Below are positions 39,762 to 48,677 of a stretch of 64,000 nucleotides of DNA, in pieces. Position numbers and translations under genes: made by a program. Position 1 is the stretch's first letter; each line of letters opens with the position of its first letter. The notes under the pieces were generated by a model. That model worked only from the letters and a program-made list of their open reading frames with translations, was not told the DNA's origin and did not search any database. The stretch comes from an archaeon (GTDB lineage Archaea; Nanobdellota; Nanobdellia; Woesearchaeales; JAADFO01). The stretch covers positions 21,989 through 85,988 of the forward strand of contig JBDRHG010000014.1 in assembly GCA_043817075.1 (NCBI GenBank), given 5' to 3'.

Positions 39762-41231
39762 ATGGTTTCTGGACAGCTCCTCGACGAGTTCGGCTTCACA
39801 GAGGAAGAAAGAGAATCAGGTATGTTCCACAAAGGGACATGGAACTTCGAGAAGACCGGCTTTCCGAAGCCGGACCGGTCTTGGCGTGTCATGCTCGAAG
39901 CATTCGGCCAGTCGATAGAAGAGCCGTATTTCTGGATGCTCAACCATATCCGTCAGACAGTGGGTTATAGTGAGATCGACAAGATCACCGACTTGTTCGC
40001 AGCAGCAGAGCAGAGCTCGTTCTTCGGGGCTGCGCAGTCCCGCCTAGGTATCCAACAGGACAAGGTGAGCCAGTTCCTGGCCACGGTCGGGAAGATGATC
40101 AAAGAGCTCTTCCAGCTCGTGCGGGAGCTCCGCATCATAGATGAGAGGCTAGGTTATTACGCGGACAGCTGGTCGGACAGCAAGAGCAGGGAATCTGCCG
40201 AGATCACACTCAAAGGCATATGGATCGACCTCGTCGAGCAGGGCGCCAAGAACCCTGCGTCTGTCTACGGCATGGCGCGAGAACTGCAGTTCGTCACCCT
40301 GCCAGACCTGTTCTTCTCCATCCATCCCCGGAATGCGGAACAGGTCGACGAATTCGTCAATAGGCTCGACGAATTCAACCGGAAGGTCCGCGAAGTCCTC
40401 AAACGCAAGCTCCGTTCGTTCATCGAGTGGAAACATGCCACGAACAAGGAGCTCAACACCCGACGGACATTCACCATCAAGTATCTCCGGCAGCACTACG
40501 ACATCATCCAGATGTACATGAACTGGGTCAAGCCATATCTCCATAATATCCAACGCCTGCAGATGGCTGAACGGAGCGGCAGCCCCGACCTGGTCAATGC
40601 ATTCGAAGGTGCTCTCGTCGAGATCGAACTGCTGGCCAAGAAACTGCCCATGAAGACGGACCTCGACAGTGAACCGCACCGCAACACCTCGGTGTACTCG
40701 GTGATGCTGGTCAATTTCAATTTCCGCACCCGTCCCCAGATGAGCTTCCAACAGGAAGGTTACCACAAAGGACCCATCCATGTCGGCAGACTGGATATGG
40801 ATATCCGCACCTATGCCTGGGACGGAGAGAAGATCGAGAAATACAAGAAGATGAAAGAGAAAGAGACGTTCGAACTCATGATGCACGTCGATGAGTCGGT
40901 ACGGACCGCGATGGACTCGATGGGTGAAGAGATGCTGAAATATCTCGAAGAGGCTGGCGAGGAGATGAAGAAGAAGGACGAGCCTGAGAAGAAGAAACCG
41001 AAAGGGTCCAGCGCATTGGAGCCCTTCATCGGCGTCGTCAAGGGATTCGGAGACCTTCTCGGTCCGCTCGCAGGCATGACCAGCAGCGCGGTGAAGGGAA
41101 AAAAGGTCTCGGGCAAGCAGAAATACAAGCTCGCCTACGAGAGCAAGGTGGCCGCGAGCGAAGCCAAGTCCAACGCCTTCATCCTATATCATTTCTTCAA
41201 GAAGGACCGTGGAATGCTGGAGTGGGGATGA
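39762..41231 (+). CDS. hypothetical 489-aa soluble protein with Lys-rich, amphipathic C-terminal tail
   Basis: Long ORF with normal composition. No NTPase or other motif I recognise. First gene of a tightly packed co-directional set. Confidence 0.6.
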   Translation: MVSGQLLDEFGFTEEERESGMFHKGTWNFEKTGFPKPDRSWRVMLEAFGQSIEEPYFWMLNHIRQTVGYSEIDKITDLFAAAEQSSFFGAAQSRLGIQQDKVSQFLATVGKMIKELFQLVRELRIIDERLGYYADSWSDSKSRESAEITLKGIWIDLVEQGAKNPASVYGMARELQFVTLPDLFFSIHPRNAEQVDEFVNRLDEFNRKVREVLKRKLRSFIEWKHATNKELNTRRTFTIKYLRQHYDIIQMYMNWVKPYLHNIQRLQMAERSGSPDLVNAFEGALVEIELLAKKLPMKTDLDSEPHRNTSVYSVMLVNFNFRTRPQMSFQQEGYHKGPIHVGRLDMDIRTYAWDGEKIEKYKKMKEKETFELMMHVDESVRTAMDSMGEEMLKYLEEAGEEMKKKDEPEKKKPKGSSALEPFIGVVKGFGDLLGPLAGMTSSAVKGKKVSGKQKYKLAYESKVAASEAKSNAFILYHFFKKDRGMLEWG

Positions 41232-41692
41232 TGGTAACACGCAAGGACCTCGAGGACCTGCCATTGGCCGAACGCATCTCTAAACTCCGCGATATGGAGA
41301 AGAAAGCGGAAAAAGAGATCGCTGAGGCAAAGCAATTACGGAGCGAGATCGAGGAAGAGATCGCCAGAGAACGGACGATCGAAGGCATCGAGGTCCCAAG
41401 ATCAGAGCCGGTCGATGTCGCAAAACTCTTCTTCTCGAGCGAAGGCCTCGAGGCAAAAGCGGTGCTTGAACAGGAGGCTGACAAGGATTTCCAGGCCGAA
41501 TACCTCAGCGTACTGGAGGGCGGAGAGTTGTCAGCGCCCGACGACCTCTATGTGACATCGGTCATCAACATCATCGACAAGCTCGATGACCTGCTCGACG
41601 GGATCAAATACCATCTACCGCAGGACAAGATGAGCGGCGCCACTGCGTCGGCGTCGGTAGCGGACCGCATCAGACGATACACAAGAGGATAG
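41228..41692 (+). CDS. hypothetical acidic coiled-coil protein
   Basis: The start ATGA overlaps the upstream stop. Heptad-like charged N-terminal half (KLRDMEKKAEKEIAEAKQLRSEIEEEIARE). Confidence 0.55.
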   Translation: MMVTRKDLEDLPLAERISKLRDMEKKAEKEIAEAKQLRSEIEEEIARERTIEGIEVPRSEPVDVAKLFFSSEGLEAKAVLEQEADKDFQAEYLSVLEGGELSAPDDLYVTSVINIIDKLDDLLDGIKYHLPQDKMSGATASASVADRIRRYTRG

Positions 41693-41713
41693 GCCAAGAA
41701 GACCGCAGGGACG

Positions 41714-42022
41714 ATGATGGCGGATCAGGACGGCATGAATGAGGCATTCAATCCTATTGGACTTGTCTATGGGCTCGCGTTCTGGGTCGGATTCATCATC
41801 TGCTTCATATCTCTACTGTTCTTCAGCCTCCATGCCGCCGCGGGGATCGTCGCGTGGCTTGCCGGCGCTGCGTTGATAGTGTTCTCGGCCAGCACGACCC
41901 TCAAACAGGTCAGGGAAGGCGGCCAAGGGGCGTTTCCCATCCTGAATCTCATACTCAAGATATTCTTCATGCTACTGGCGCTCGGCATCTTCGTGATCGG
42001 GCTCATGTCTTCGATTTCATGA
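41714..42022 (+). CDS. hypothetical small membrane protein (3 TM)
   Basis: 102 aa with three clear hydrophobic spans. Confidence 0.55.
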   Translation: MMADQDGMNEAFNPIGLVYGLAFWVGFIICFISLLFFSLHAAAGIVAWLAGAALIVFSASTTLKQVREGGQGAFPILNLILKIFFMLLALGIFVIGLMSSIS

Positions 42023-42088
42023 AGGGTCATCAACAGGATCCATCAGCGTCGGTAACATTTATATATCAGAGACACGGGAGAAAGACCC

Positions 42089-44329
42089 ATGGAATTCAAC
42101 AACGGACCATCGCTATATCATTCACGTGTGGATTCCTGGCCTAGCGCGCCTCTCGGCGTCGAGGAGCCCCCATTGCCACGGCAGGATTGGGAGGCTGGAG
42201 ACAATTCCGACAAGCTGTCTGTCAAGGATATCGGCATGAGCGTGCCTTTCGGCATCGCGGCCGGAAATGTCCAGGGGGTCGAAGCCAAGATCCGCTCAGG
42301 TGCAGGACATCTCGAGCTGCAATTCCCCGGCGCAGGCGGAGGCAACCGCCAGAGCCAAGTCCCAGGGATGTATGGCAAGGAACAGCGCCAGGCATTGCGC
42401 GAGATGAGCAAGGTCAATGATGTCGCATTCACCACCCACGCATCATTCTCGGTGATGGGCGTCACCGGCGCGGACCAGCAGGGGAACATGAATCTCTCCC
42501 AAGGCAAGCAGTCGTACGACGAGATCGTCCGCGCTATCGACTTCGCCAAGGACGTAGCCGACGGCGGCTCGGTCACGGTGCATGTGGGCGAGTTCGAACG
42601 ACCGCTGACGCATATCTATCCCGACGGCGTCATGATGGACGACAAAGGCGACCTCACCAGGAACTACTCCCGGGAACCCAAGACAGGTCGGCTGCAATTC
42701 CAGAAGCATCCCTTCGAAGCCCAGAAGGCCCAGTTCGGCCTCGTCGATGATAGGACTGGTCAGACATTCACAACAGTCCAGCTCGATCGTACCGTGGCAC
42801 AGCCCATTTGGCGCAAGGCCGACAAAGATTACACCGACATGATGGGACGGACAGTCAAGACCGGCGACTATATCGACTATGAGGAGAATCTTATCGACGA
42901 TCCCTACGCCATCAAATTCGAGATGGGCGATGAGGACAAGTTCGATGGCGCCCGGGTGCCTGAGATCAACGAACAGACCGGCCGCTTCGAGACCGAGATG
43001 AAATCGCTCGAGGACTTCGAACGAGAGGCAAAAGAGTACAACGACTATTTCCGTAGGGTACAAGGCCGCGATCCTACGCCGTACGAGCGCATGACCGGAA
43101 AAGAGATGTATATGAAGTCGACGCTGTGGACGCGGGCGGGGTACGCCTACGGATGGGCGCTCAATTTCTCATCAGACGTGCCCGAGCTCAAGACGAAATT
43201 GTCCAAACTCCACGAGCTCCGCGAATACTATAAGGAACTGGACGAAAATATCCCACAGGATGAGAAATGGAAGATTGTCAGACAGTCAGCGAAATACCGC
43301 ACCCACTGGCACGACCTCGTCCCTCCCGAATCCAAGAACCCTATGGAGCTCATCGACCAGGACATCGACGAGACCAGGAAGAGGCTCGAATACGCCTGGC
43401 AGTCAGGAAACACGCAGGAGCTTGAGGCCATCGACCAGTTCGAGACCATGCGTCATCTCAAGACGCCGGAGAAGTACTTCGAGAAGTACGGGACGGATTT
43501 CTACGCCATGGCAGGGATCAAGGCGGCAGATGCGAGCCAGAAGACAAAAAAGCCGGTGACGGTCACTTTGGAGCACATCTTCCCCGAACGATTCGGAGGT
43601 CATCCGCAAGAGCTCAAGTGGATCATCAACAAAGCGCGCGACCGCATGGTCGAGATGATGACGAGCCCAAAGATCGACGGTCATGTGTCCGAGGGACAAT
43701 GGTTCAAACAGGAAGGACAGGAGAACCGGGAATACGGCCCCTTCCTGCAAGGACAGAATCCGTATTTCCGTCAAGGCATGAGCAGGGAAGAGGCCAGGAA
43801 ACTGGCTGAACAGTCCATCAAGGCCACGATCGACACCGGCCACCTCAACATGTGGCGGAAATATTATGTCGACGACCCCAACAAGAGCGTCGACGAGAAC
43901 GAGAAACAATTCAATAGCTGGATGGTCGGGCAGATGGAGGATTTGGCCAAAGACGGCCTCATCGGCAACGTGCATCTCTCCGACAACTTCGGCTTCCATG
44001 ATACCCATCTCGCCCCAGGACAAGGGAATGCACCTGTCCGGGAAATCGTCAAGGCAATCAAGAAACACGGGTATAACGAACGTATCATCGTCGAGCCGGG
44101 GGCGGACGCCACGACCGGCAACTCTGACTTCCATGGATTGATGAAGACCTGGGAGCATTTCGGGGCCACCAACTACATGGGCCATTTCCCCGGTGTCGGA
44201 GCGCCGCCGCCTCAGTTCGCTGACGTTCACTACGGTTACTTCGGCCGGAGCTATCCGCCGAATTTCGTCTTCGGGGCTTATGCGCCGAGCAACGACTGGA
44301 CGCTATGGAGCGGCGTCCAGATGGAATGA
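42089..44329 (+). CDS. xylose-isomerase-like TIM-barrel (AP_endonuc_2 fold) protein with ~330-aa insertion
   Basis: The family strand motifs appear in order: GHLELQF, THASF, VTVHVGE, then after a long helical insertion VTLEH, IDTGHLNMW, VHLSDNFG..DTHL..GQG and IIVEPG. Confidence 0.6.
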   Translation: MEFNNGPSLYHSRVDSWPSAPLGVEEPPLPRQDWEAGDNSDKLSVKDIGMSVPFGIAAGNVQGVEAKIRSGAGHLELQFPGAGGGNRQSQVPGMYGKEQRQALREMSKVNDVAFTTHASFSVMGVTGADQQGNMNLSQGKQSYDEIVRAIDFAKDVADGGSVTVHVGEFERPLTHIYPDGVMMDDKGDLTRNYSREPKTGRLQFQKHPFEAQKAQFGLVDDRTGQTFTTVQLDRTVAQPIWRKADKDYTDMMGRTVKTGDYIDYEENLIDDPYAIKFEMGDEDKFDGARVPEINEQTGRFETEMKSLEDFEREAKEYNDYFRRVQGRDPTPYERMTGKEMYMKSTLWTRAGYAYGWALNFSSDVPELKTKLSKLHELREYYKELDENIPQDEKWKIVRQSAKYRTHWHDLVPPESKNPMELIDQDIDETRKRLEYAWQSGNTQELEAIDQFETMRHLKTPEKYFEKYGTDFYAMAGIKAADASQKTKKPVTVTLEHIFPERFGGHPQELKWIINKARDRMVEMMTSPKIDGHVSEGQWFKQEGQENREYGPFLQGQNPYFRQGMSREEARKLAEQSIKATIDTGHLNMWRKYYVDDPNKSVDENEKQFNSWMVGQMEDLAKDGLIGNVHLSDNFGFHDTHLAPGQGNAPVREIVKAIKKHGYNERIIVEPGADATTGNSDFHGLMKTWEHFGATNYMGHFPGVGAPPPQFADVHYGYFGRSYPPNFVFGAYAPSNDWTLWSGVQME

Positions 44330-44345
44330 TCACACAGGTGAAAAC

Positions 44346-45485
44346 ATGGGACATGTCGAATGGGAAAAGATAATTGACGTGAAGTATGTCGATGCGGGTT
44401 TTGATTTGGTAAACAATGATGGTCAGAAAGGAGTTAGATTCTCTTGGTCGCCTACTGGCCGAATCCAAACAGTTTTCCCCGGCATCATCATCACGGGAAG
44501 AGTGAAGAGCCACCTCTTTTCCTTGGTGGAGAATAAGATTTGTCATTGGTTCCCGATCGAAATTTGTCCGGAATTAAGATTGATCTCAGTGGAAGCCAAG
44601 AAAGCGGGTGCGGTCGCAATCATCAAAGATATTGAGTATCGAAAGAAGAGTGGCTACTACAAGAAACACGGTATCTTCCCTTTCCACATTGAGCTGAAGA
44701 GCTTCCTCCATGGCCATGTTGAAGAACCGAAATTCACCAAACAAATCAAGAAACTTCTGGTCGATAAAAACCTCATGGATGCGCAAGGAGCGCATGAGAT
44801 CCTCCACATCATGGGACGGCTTTTTGATGCACGGAAAGGACTGGATAGCAATCAAAACAGCGACCTCAGTCCAGTCAAGGAAAAACTCAGACTGTTGCTC
44901 GATACGTTTTCCGGGTACTATGACAGGCGGTATGGTTCGCCATTGAGGAAAAAATTCAATGGTCTGAAACACACGCTCTATCAGATTCAGCATATCTCCA
45001 CAAAAACTCCAAGTGAGACCGTTCATTATGTCATGGGTAAGTTCACCCTTCTGATGCACGAGTTCATTGATGAATGTTCACATGCAGGAGAGTATTGGGA
45101 TGAAGTGGCGAAATTCTGTGAACAATTCATTTCGTCGAGGGGAGCGGTCGCAATAAAGGCTACGTTCCCTCATTCCAGTTATAGGAACAGTATTCGCAAT
45201 GCAGAAAGGATTGGGAACGGCGAAATCACCTCTGAACCTTTCAAGCTGGAGATCCCAGATCCAGCGCATGCGAACGGTGATGAACTCAAACAATACTACA
45301 ACAAGGCCATCCCCGTCATCCAACAATATTTTAGGGAGAACCAGTACTTTCAATTATCAGGCAGGAAAGGGACTTATATCTTCCAGATGACGTCGCTGGG
45401 CTGCAAACTCGATGGTACCCTGCTGCAGCCAACAACATACGACACGATGGATATCGATATCCCGGAGAGAACTGATCTTAAGTAA
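44346..45485 (+). CDS. hypothetical protein, compositionally AT-shifted orphan
   Basis: 379-aa ORF from MGHVEWEKI; the track start at 44193 overlaps the previous gene. Visibly more A/T-rich than the flanks. No recognisable domain. Confidence 0.5.
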   Translation: MGHVEWEKIIDVKYVDAGFDLVNNDGQKGVRFSWSPTGRIQTVFPGIIITGRVKSHLFSLVENKICHWFPIEICPELRLISVEAKKAGAVAIIKDIEYRKKSGYYKKHGIFPFHIELKSFLHGHVEEPKFTKQIKKLLVDKNLMDAQGAHEILHIMGRLFDARKGLDSNQNSDLSPVKEKLRLLLDTFSGYYDRRYGSPLRKKFNGLKHTLYQIQHISTKTPSETVHYVMGKFTLLMHEFIDECSHAGEYWDEVAKFCEQFISSRGAVAIKATFPHSSYRNSIRNAERIGNGEITSEPFKLEIPDPAHANGDELKQYYNKAIPVIQQYFRENQYFQLSGRKGTYIFQMTSLGCKLDGTLLQPTTYDTMDIDIPERTDLK

Positions 45486-46104
45486 GCTCGAGATGCACAC
45501 TGTTCCCGTCCAGCCTCTTCCGCAGCTCCACTTCTGACACCACTTCCATGATGTCATCGTCGTGACGCGATCGGTCCGCGTGGATGATGGCGACGTCGAT
45601 GCCATCGATCTTGCCGGGATAGAGCGAGGCGCCCCCGAACGTGCGCCCTTCGAGCTTGAACGCATCGACCCTGATCGGCTTCCTTCCGGCCAGCAGCCGT
45701 TTGAACTCTTTGACATCGACCTTGACGTTGAGCGTGCCAGGAAAAGGAGAATAGCCCAATACGTCCTTGATCCGTGTCGCGTATCGCTGGATGTACCATG
45801 CTGCCTCGCCTATACCGATGACGGCCTTTCCTTTGATGTTGTCCGGCGCGGTGAACACTCCAGAGAGCCGCCGATGAGCGACCTGCAGCATGCTCAGTCC
45901 TTTTTCGGTCAGGGACACATCGACACCCTGATAGGACGGGTCGCGGGATATGAGACCCTTCCCCTCCAATTCTTTGAGAATACGTGATGCGCTCTGTTGG
46001 GATATTTTCAACTCTCCAGCGAGGGAGATCGTTGATAGCCTGGCACTAGAGAAGGCGGCGCCTTTTTCAGCCAATACAAGGAGGAACATTAATGTGTCGA
46101 CCAT
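45478..46104 (-). CDS. ribK: CTP-dependent riboflavin kinase with N-terminal winged-HTH (RbkR-like)
   Basis: N-terminal HTH (ISQQSASRILKELEGKGLI) plus a MJ0056-type kinase core (FPGTLNVKV, GGASLYPGKI, HADRSRH). Confidence 0.7.
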   Translation of the reverse strand: MVDTLMFLLVLAEKGAAFSSARLSTISLAGELKISQQSASRILKELEGKGLISRDPSYQGVDVSLTEKGLSMLQVAHRRLSGVFTAPDNIKGKAVIGIGEAAWYIQRYATRIKDVLGYSPFPGTLNVKVDVKEFKRLLAGRKPIRVDAFKLEGRTFGGASLYPGKIDGIDVAIIHADRSRHDDDIMEVVSEVELRKRLDGNSVHLELT

Positions 46105-46143
46105 AGCTACAAGGAAATGCGTAGCGCCTTAAAAAAGTTATGG

Positions 46144-47595
46144 TCAACGGAAGGGGAAGAACAGGCGCCGGAGCACCACGAGGACCGGGAAGACCTCGAG
46201 TCTACCTAATATCATATTGAGGATGAGGATGATCTTTGCCAAAGCGGGCAGGGCAGCCACACTGGTGGTGGAAAGGCCGACCGTCGAGAGGGATGATGCT
46301 GAGAGGAAGACCGCATCCTTAACCTCGAGCCCGCCTAGCAAGAAGATGAACGTGGAGAGGAAAAGGAATATCATGAAGGTCACACCGAATGCCTGCACGA
46401 GAAGCAGCTCTTCCTCCTCCAATACGTCTTTCTTGATCCGGATAGGAGTGACTGCAGACGACGGACGAGAGATCTTCTTGAGCACCCAGCTGACACCCGT
46501 CAGAGAGATGATGAAACGATAGATTTTGAGGCCGCCGGCGGTCGAACCGATCGAACCTCCTATGATCATGAAAATCACCATCAGGAACAAAGGGATCAGC
46601 GGATACGCTGCGATGTCGACATAGGAGAAACCAGTGGTGGTAAACGCCGAGATGAAATGGAAAAGCAGCTCCCAGAACTTAGGGTAAAAGATCGTCGCTA
46701 TGATGAGACCGATGGACAGCAAGGAGAACATGAACTGCAGCTCGACATTGGAGGCCAACGTCTTCCAGCGCCCACGGAGCATGTCGTTGTGCGCAACGAA
46801 TGAGATGCTGCCGAGCAACATGAGCACGCAGAGGATGGTGAGCACGACAGGAGAGTCGTAGAAGAAATATTGCATGGAGAAACCACCGGTCGAGATGGAC
46901 ACAAAAGACATGCCTAATGCGTCAAGGAACGGCAATCCCGCCAAGAGAAGCGCGATAACACCAATGAGCGTATAGAATGAATAGATGCAGAGGAGAGTGA
47001 GAGCGGTACGCTCGATAGTGGGGGCGATCCTCTCGGTGTGACCTTGTGAGCGGTAGAGCGAGGACAGCGTCGATATGCTCCGTTCTTGCACTTCAGGACG
47101 GTCCTGACCGCTCCGCCATTTCGTGAGCAGAAAGACGAAGAGGATGACGATGCCAAGGCCTCCAATCCACTGTGTCATGGCGCGCCATACGAGAAGGCTC
47201 TCAGGAAGGAAATCGATGTTCGGGAGGATGGAAAGGCCAGTGGTCGTATACCCTGAGACCGATTCGAGCAAGGCATCAAGGAGACGCTGTGAGAAGGGTC
47301 CGCTCAGATAGGGCATATAAGAGATGCTGCTGATGAACGAGAGCAGCACGAAGAAGATGACGGTGAGCAGGATCGACTCGAAAAATGTCAGCGGCCCTTT
47401 CTCCTGAGGCCGTTCTGTGATCTTCGAGAAAAGGCCTACGAGGAGGCAGAGGCATCCGATGACGATCGAGAGAAACATCACCACCAGGAAAGGCGCGATC
47501 GCCTCACCGAGAGTTATTGCGACAGCGACAGGAATCAGACGGAATACCGTGGATATGAGCAGAAGGTACCCGAGGTAGGTCACGACCCGATTCAT
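46144..47595 (-). CDS. trkH: Trk-type K+ transporter membrane subunit
   Basis: 483 aa with many TM spans and repeated selectivity-filter-like segments (TTTGLS, ISTGGFS, TTTGFS, LSTVGLS). Confidence 0.8.
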   Translation of the reverse strand: MNRVVTYLGYLLLISTVFRLIPVAVAITLGEAIAPFLVVMFLSIVIGCLCLLVGLFSKITERPQEKGPLTFFESILLTVIFFVLLSFISSISYMPYLSGPFSQRLLDALLESVSGYTTTGLSILPNIDFLPESLLVWRAMTQWIGGLGIVILFVFLLTKWRSGQDRPEVQERSISTLSSLYRSQGHTERIAPTIERTALTLLCIYSFYTLIGVIALLLAGLPFLDALGMSFVSISTGGFSMQYFFYDSPVVLTILCVLMLLGSISFVAHNDMLRGRWKTLASNVELQFMFSLLSIGLIIATIFYPKFWELLFHFISAFTTTGFSYVDIAAYPLIPLFLMVIFMIIGGSIGSTAGGLKIYRFIISLTGVSWVLKKISRPSSAVTPIRIKKDVLEEEELLLVQAFGVTFMIFLFLSTFIFLLGGLEVKDAVFLSASSLSTVGLSTTSVAALPALAKIILILNMILGRLEVFPVLVVLRRLFFPFR

Positions 47596-47599
47596 TTTT

Positions 47600-48244
47600 T
47601 CAGGAGCCTGCGATCAGTTTTCTCAATTTATCGACGTGACCGCTCTTGGCGAGCACGATGAGGACATCTCCTTTCTCCAACGTCGTGCTTGACTCGGGGA
47701 TGATCAGGTCACCGTTGCGATAGATGGTGCCGATCACGGCATCCTTGATGATGGCTGGTTTACCGATGAGCTTGCTGTCCTCATCTAAAGTGATCTCAAA
47801 GACTTGGATATTACCACTGCCAAGCGTCGCGATGACGCGTTCGCCGGTGGACGACAACAGTTGTCGCAGACGGGTCACCGTGATGCCCACTACAGGAACC
47901 AGATCAGTCACTTTCAGTTTGGTGAAAAGCTCCTCGTTCTCTGGATTGTTGACACGCGCCACGACCTTGGTGATCTCAAGGCTTTTTGCGATCTCGCAGA
48001 CCATCAGATTGGTCTTGTCGTCATTGGTAACCGCTGCGACGGCATCAGCCTTCTCTATCCCGGCGTCCTTGAGGATCTGCATCTGCGTGGCGTCGCCGTG
48101 GATGATCAAGGCATCAGTTGAATTCGACAGCTCTTTGGCATGAGCCTCATCGGACTCGATGAGACTGACGATATGCTTCTCTGAGGAGAGCATGTTGGCG
48201 AATGCCTTTCCGACCTCTCCTCCTCCGATGACGATGATTCGCAT
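47600..48244 (-). CDS. trkA: Trk system NAD-binding subunit
   Basis: MRIIVIGGGEVGKAF Rossmann motif plus a TrkA-C domain. Lies 4 nt upstream of trkH. Confidence 0.85.
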   Translation of the reverse strand: MRIIVIGGGEVGKAFANMLSSEKHIVSLIESDEAHAKELSNSTDALIIHGDATQMQILKDAGIEKADAVAAVTNDDKTNLMVCEIAKSLEITKVVARVNNPENEELFTKLKVTDLVPVVGITVTRLRQLLSSTGERVIATLGSGNIQVFEITLDEDSKLIGKPAIIKDAVIGTIYRNGDLIIPESSTTLEKGDVLIVLAKSGHVDKLRKLIAGS

Positions 48245-48324
48245 GATGATGACCTCGTATTCTGAAATCTTACAGCTAGCGCTTGCATATAAAGCTTGCG
48301 CACGGCTTTATAATAAACAAGAAA

Positions 48325-48677
48325 AAAAGGGTTTCTCGGGCCTAAGCAACTCCGTTGCTTTAGGGCCCCGGGAAAAACAGAAAAAAACAGAAAAGTAGGA
48401 CTACCATAACAATTCTTTCGCCAATTGGAAGCGAAATACGTTTCGCCTACGGCTCAAGCGTACAAAATAAAGAAAAGTAGGACTACCATAACAATTCTCT
48501 CGCCAATTGGAAGCGAAATACGTTTCGCCTACGGCTCAAGCGTACAAAATAAAGAAAAGTAGGACTACCGTGATTCTCACCGGCTTTTTAACAAACCCGA
48601 AGAAACCCTGTTTCTTGGGCCCAAGCAACTCCGTTGCTTTAGGGCCCCGGGAAAAACAGGAAAAAAAGAGAGAAAAG
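48325..48677. repeat. composite repeat block 3' of tRNA-Pro: GGGCC-hairpin module, two perfect-tandem 82-bp units, third partial unit plus second hairpin module
   Basis: 82-bp units at 48391-48472 and 48473-48554 differ at one base. Each starts AAAAGTAGGACTACC, mimicking the tRNA 3' end AAAAGTGGGGCTACC at 48673. The hairpin module GGGCC[CT]AAGCAACTCCGTTGCTTTAGGGCCCC occurs at 48338-48369 and 48617-48649. Confidence 0.85.

Noticed and set aside
48391-48554. The tandem 82-bp repeats could be a CRISPR array.
   Set aside because: The units are directly adjacent with no unique spacers and there are only 2.x copies. The unit length is wrong for CRISPR, there are no cas genes, and the units are tRNA-end mimics.
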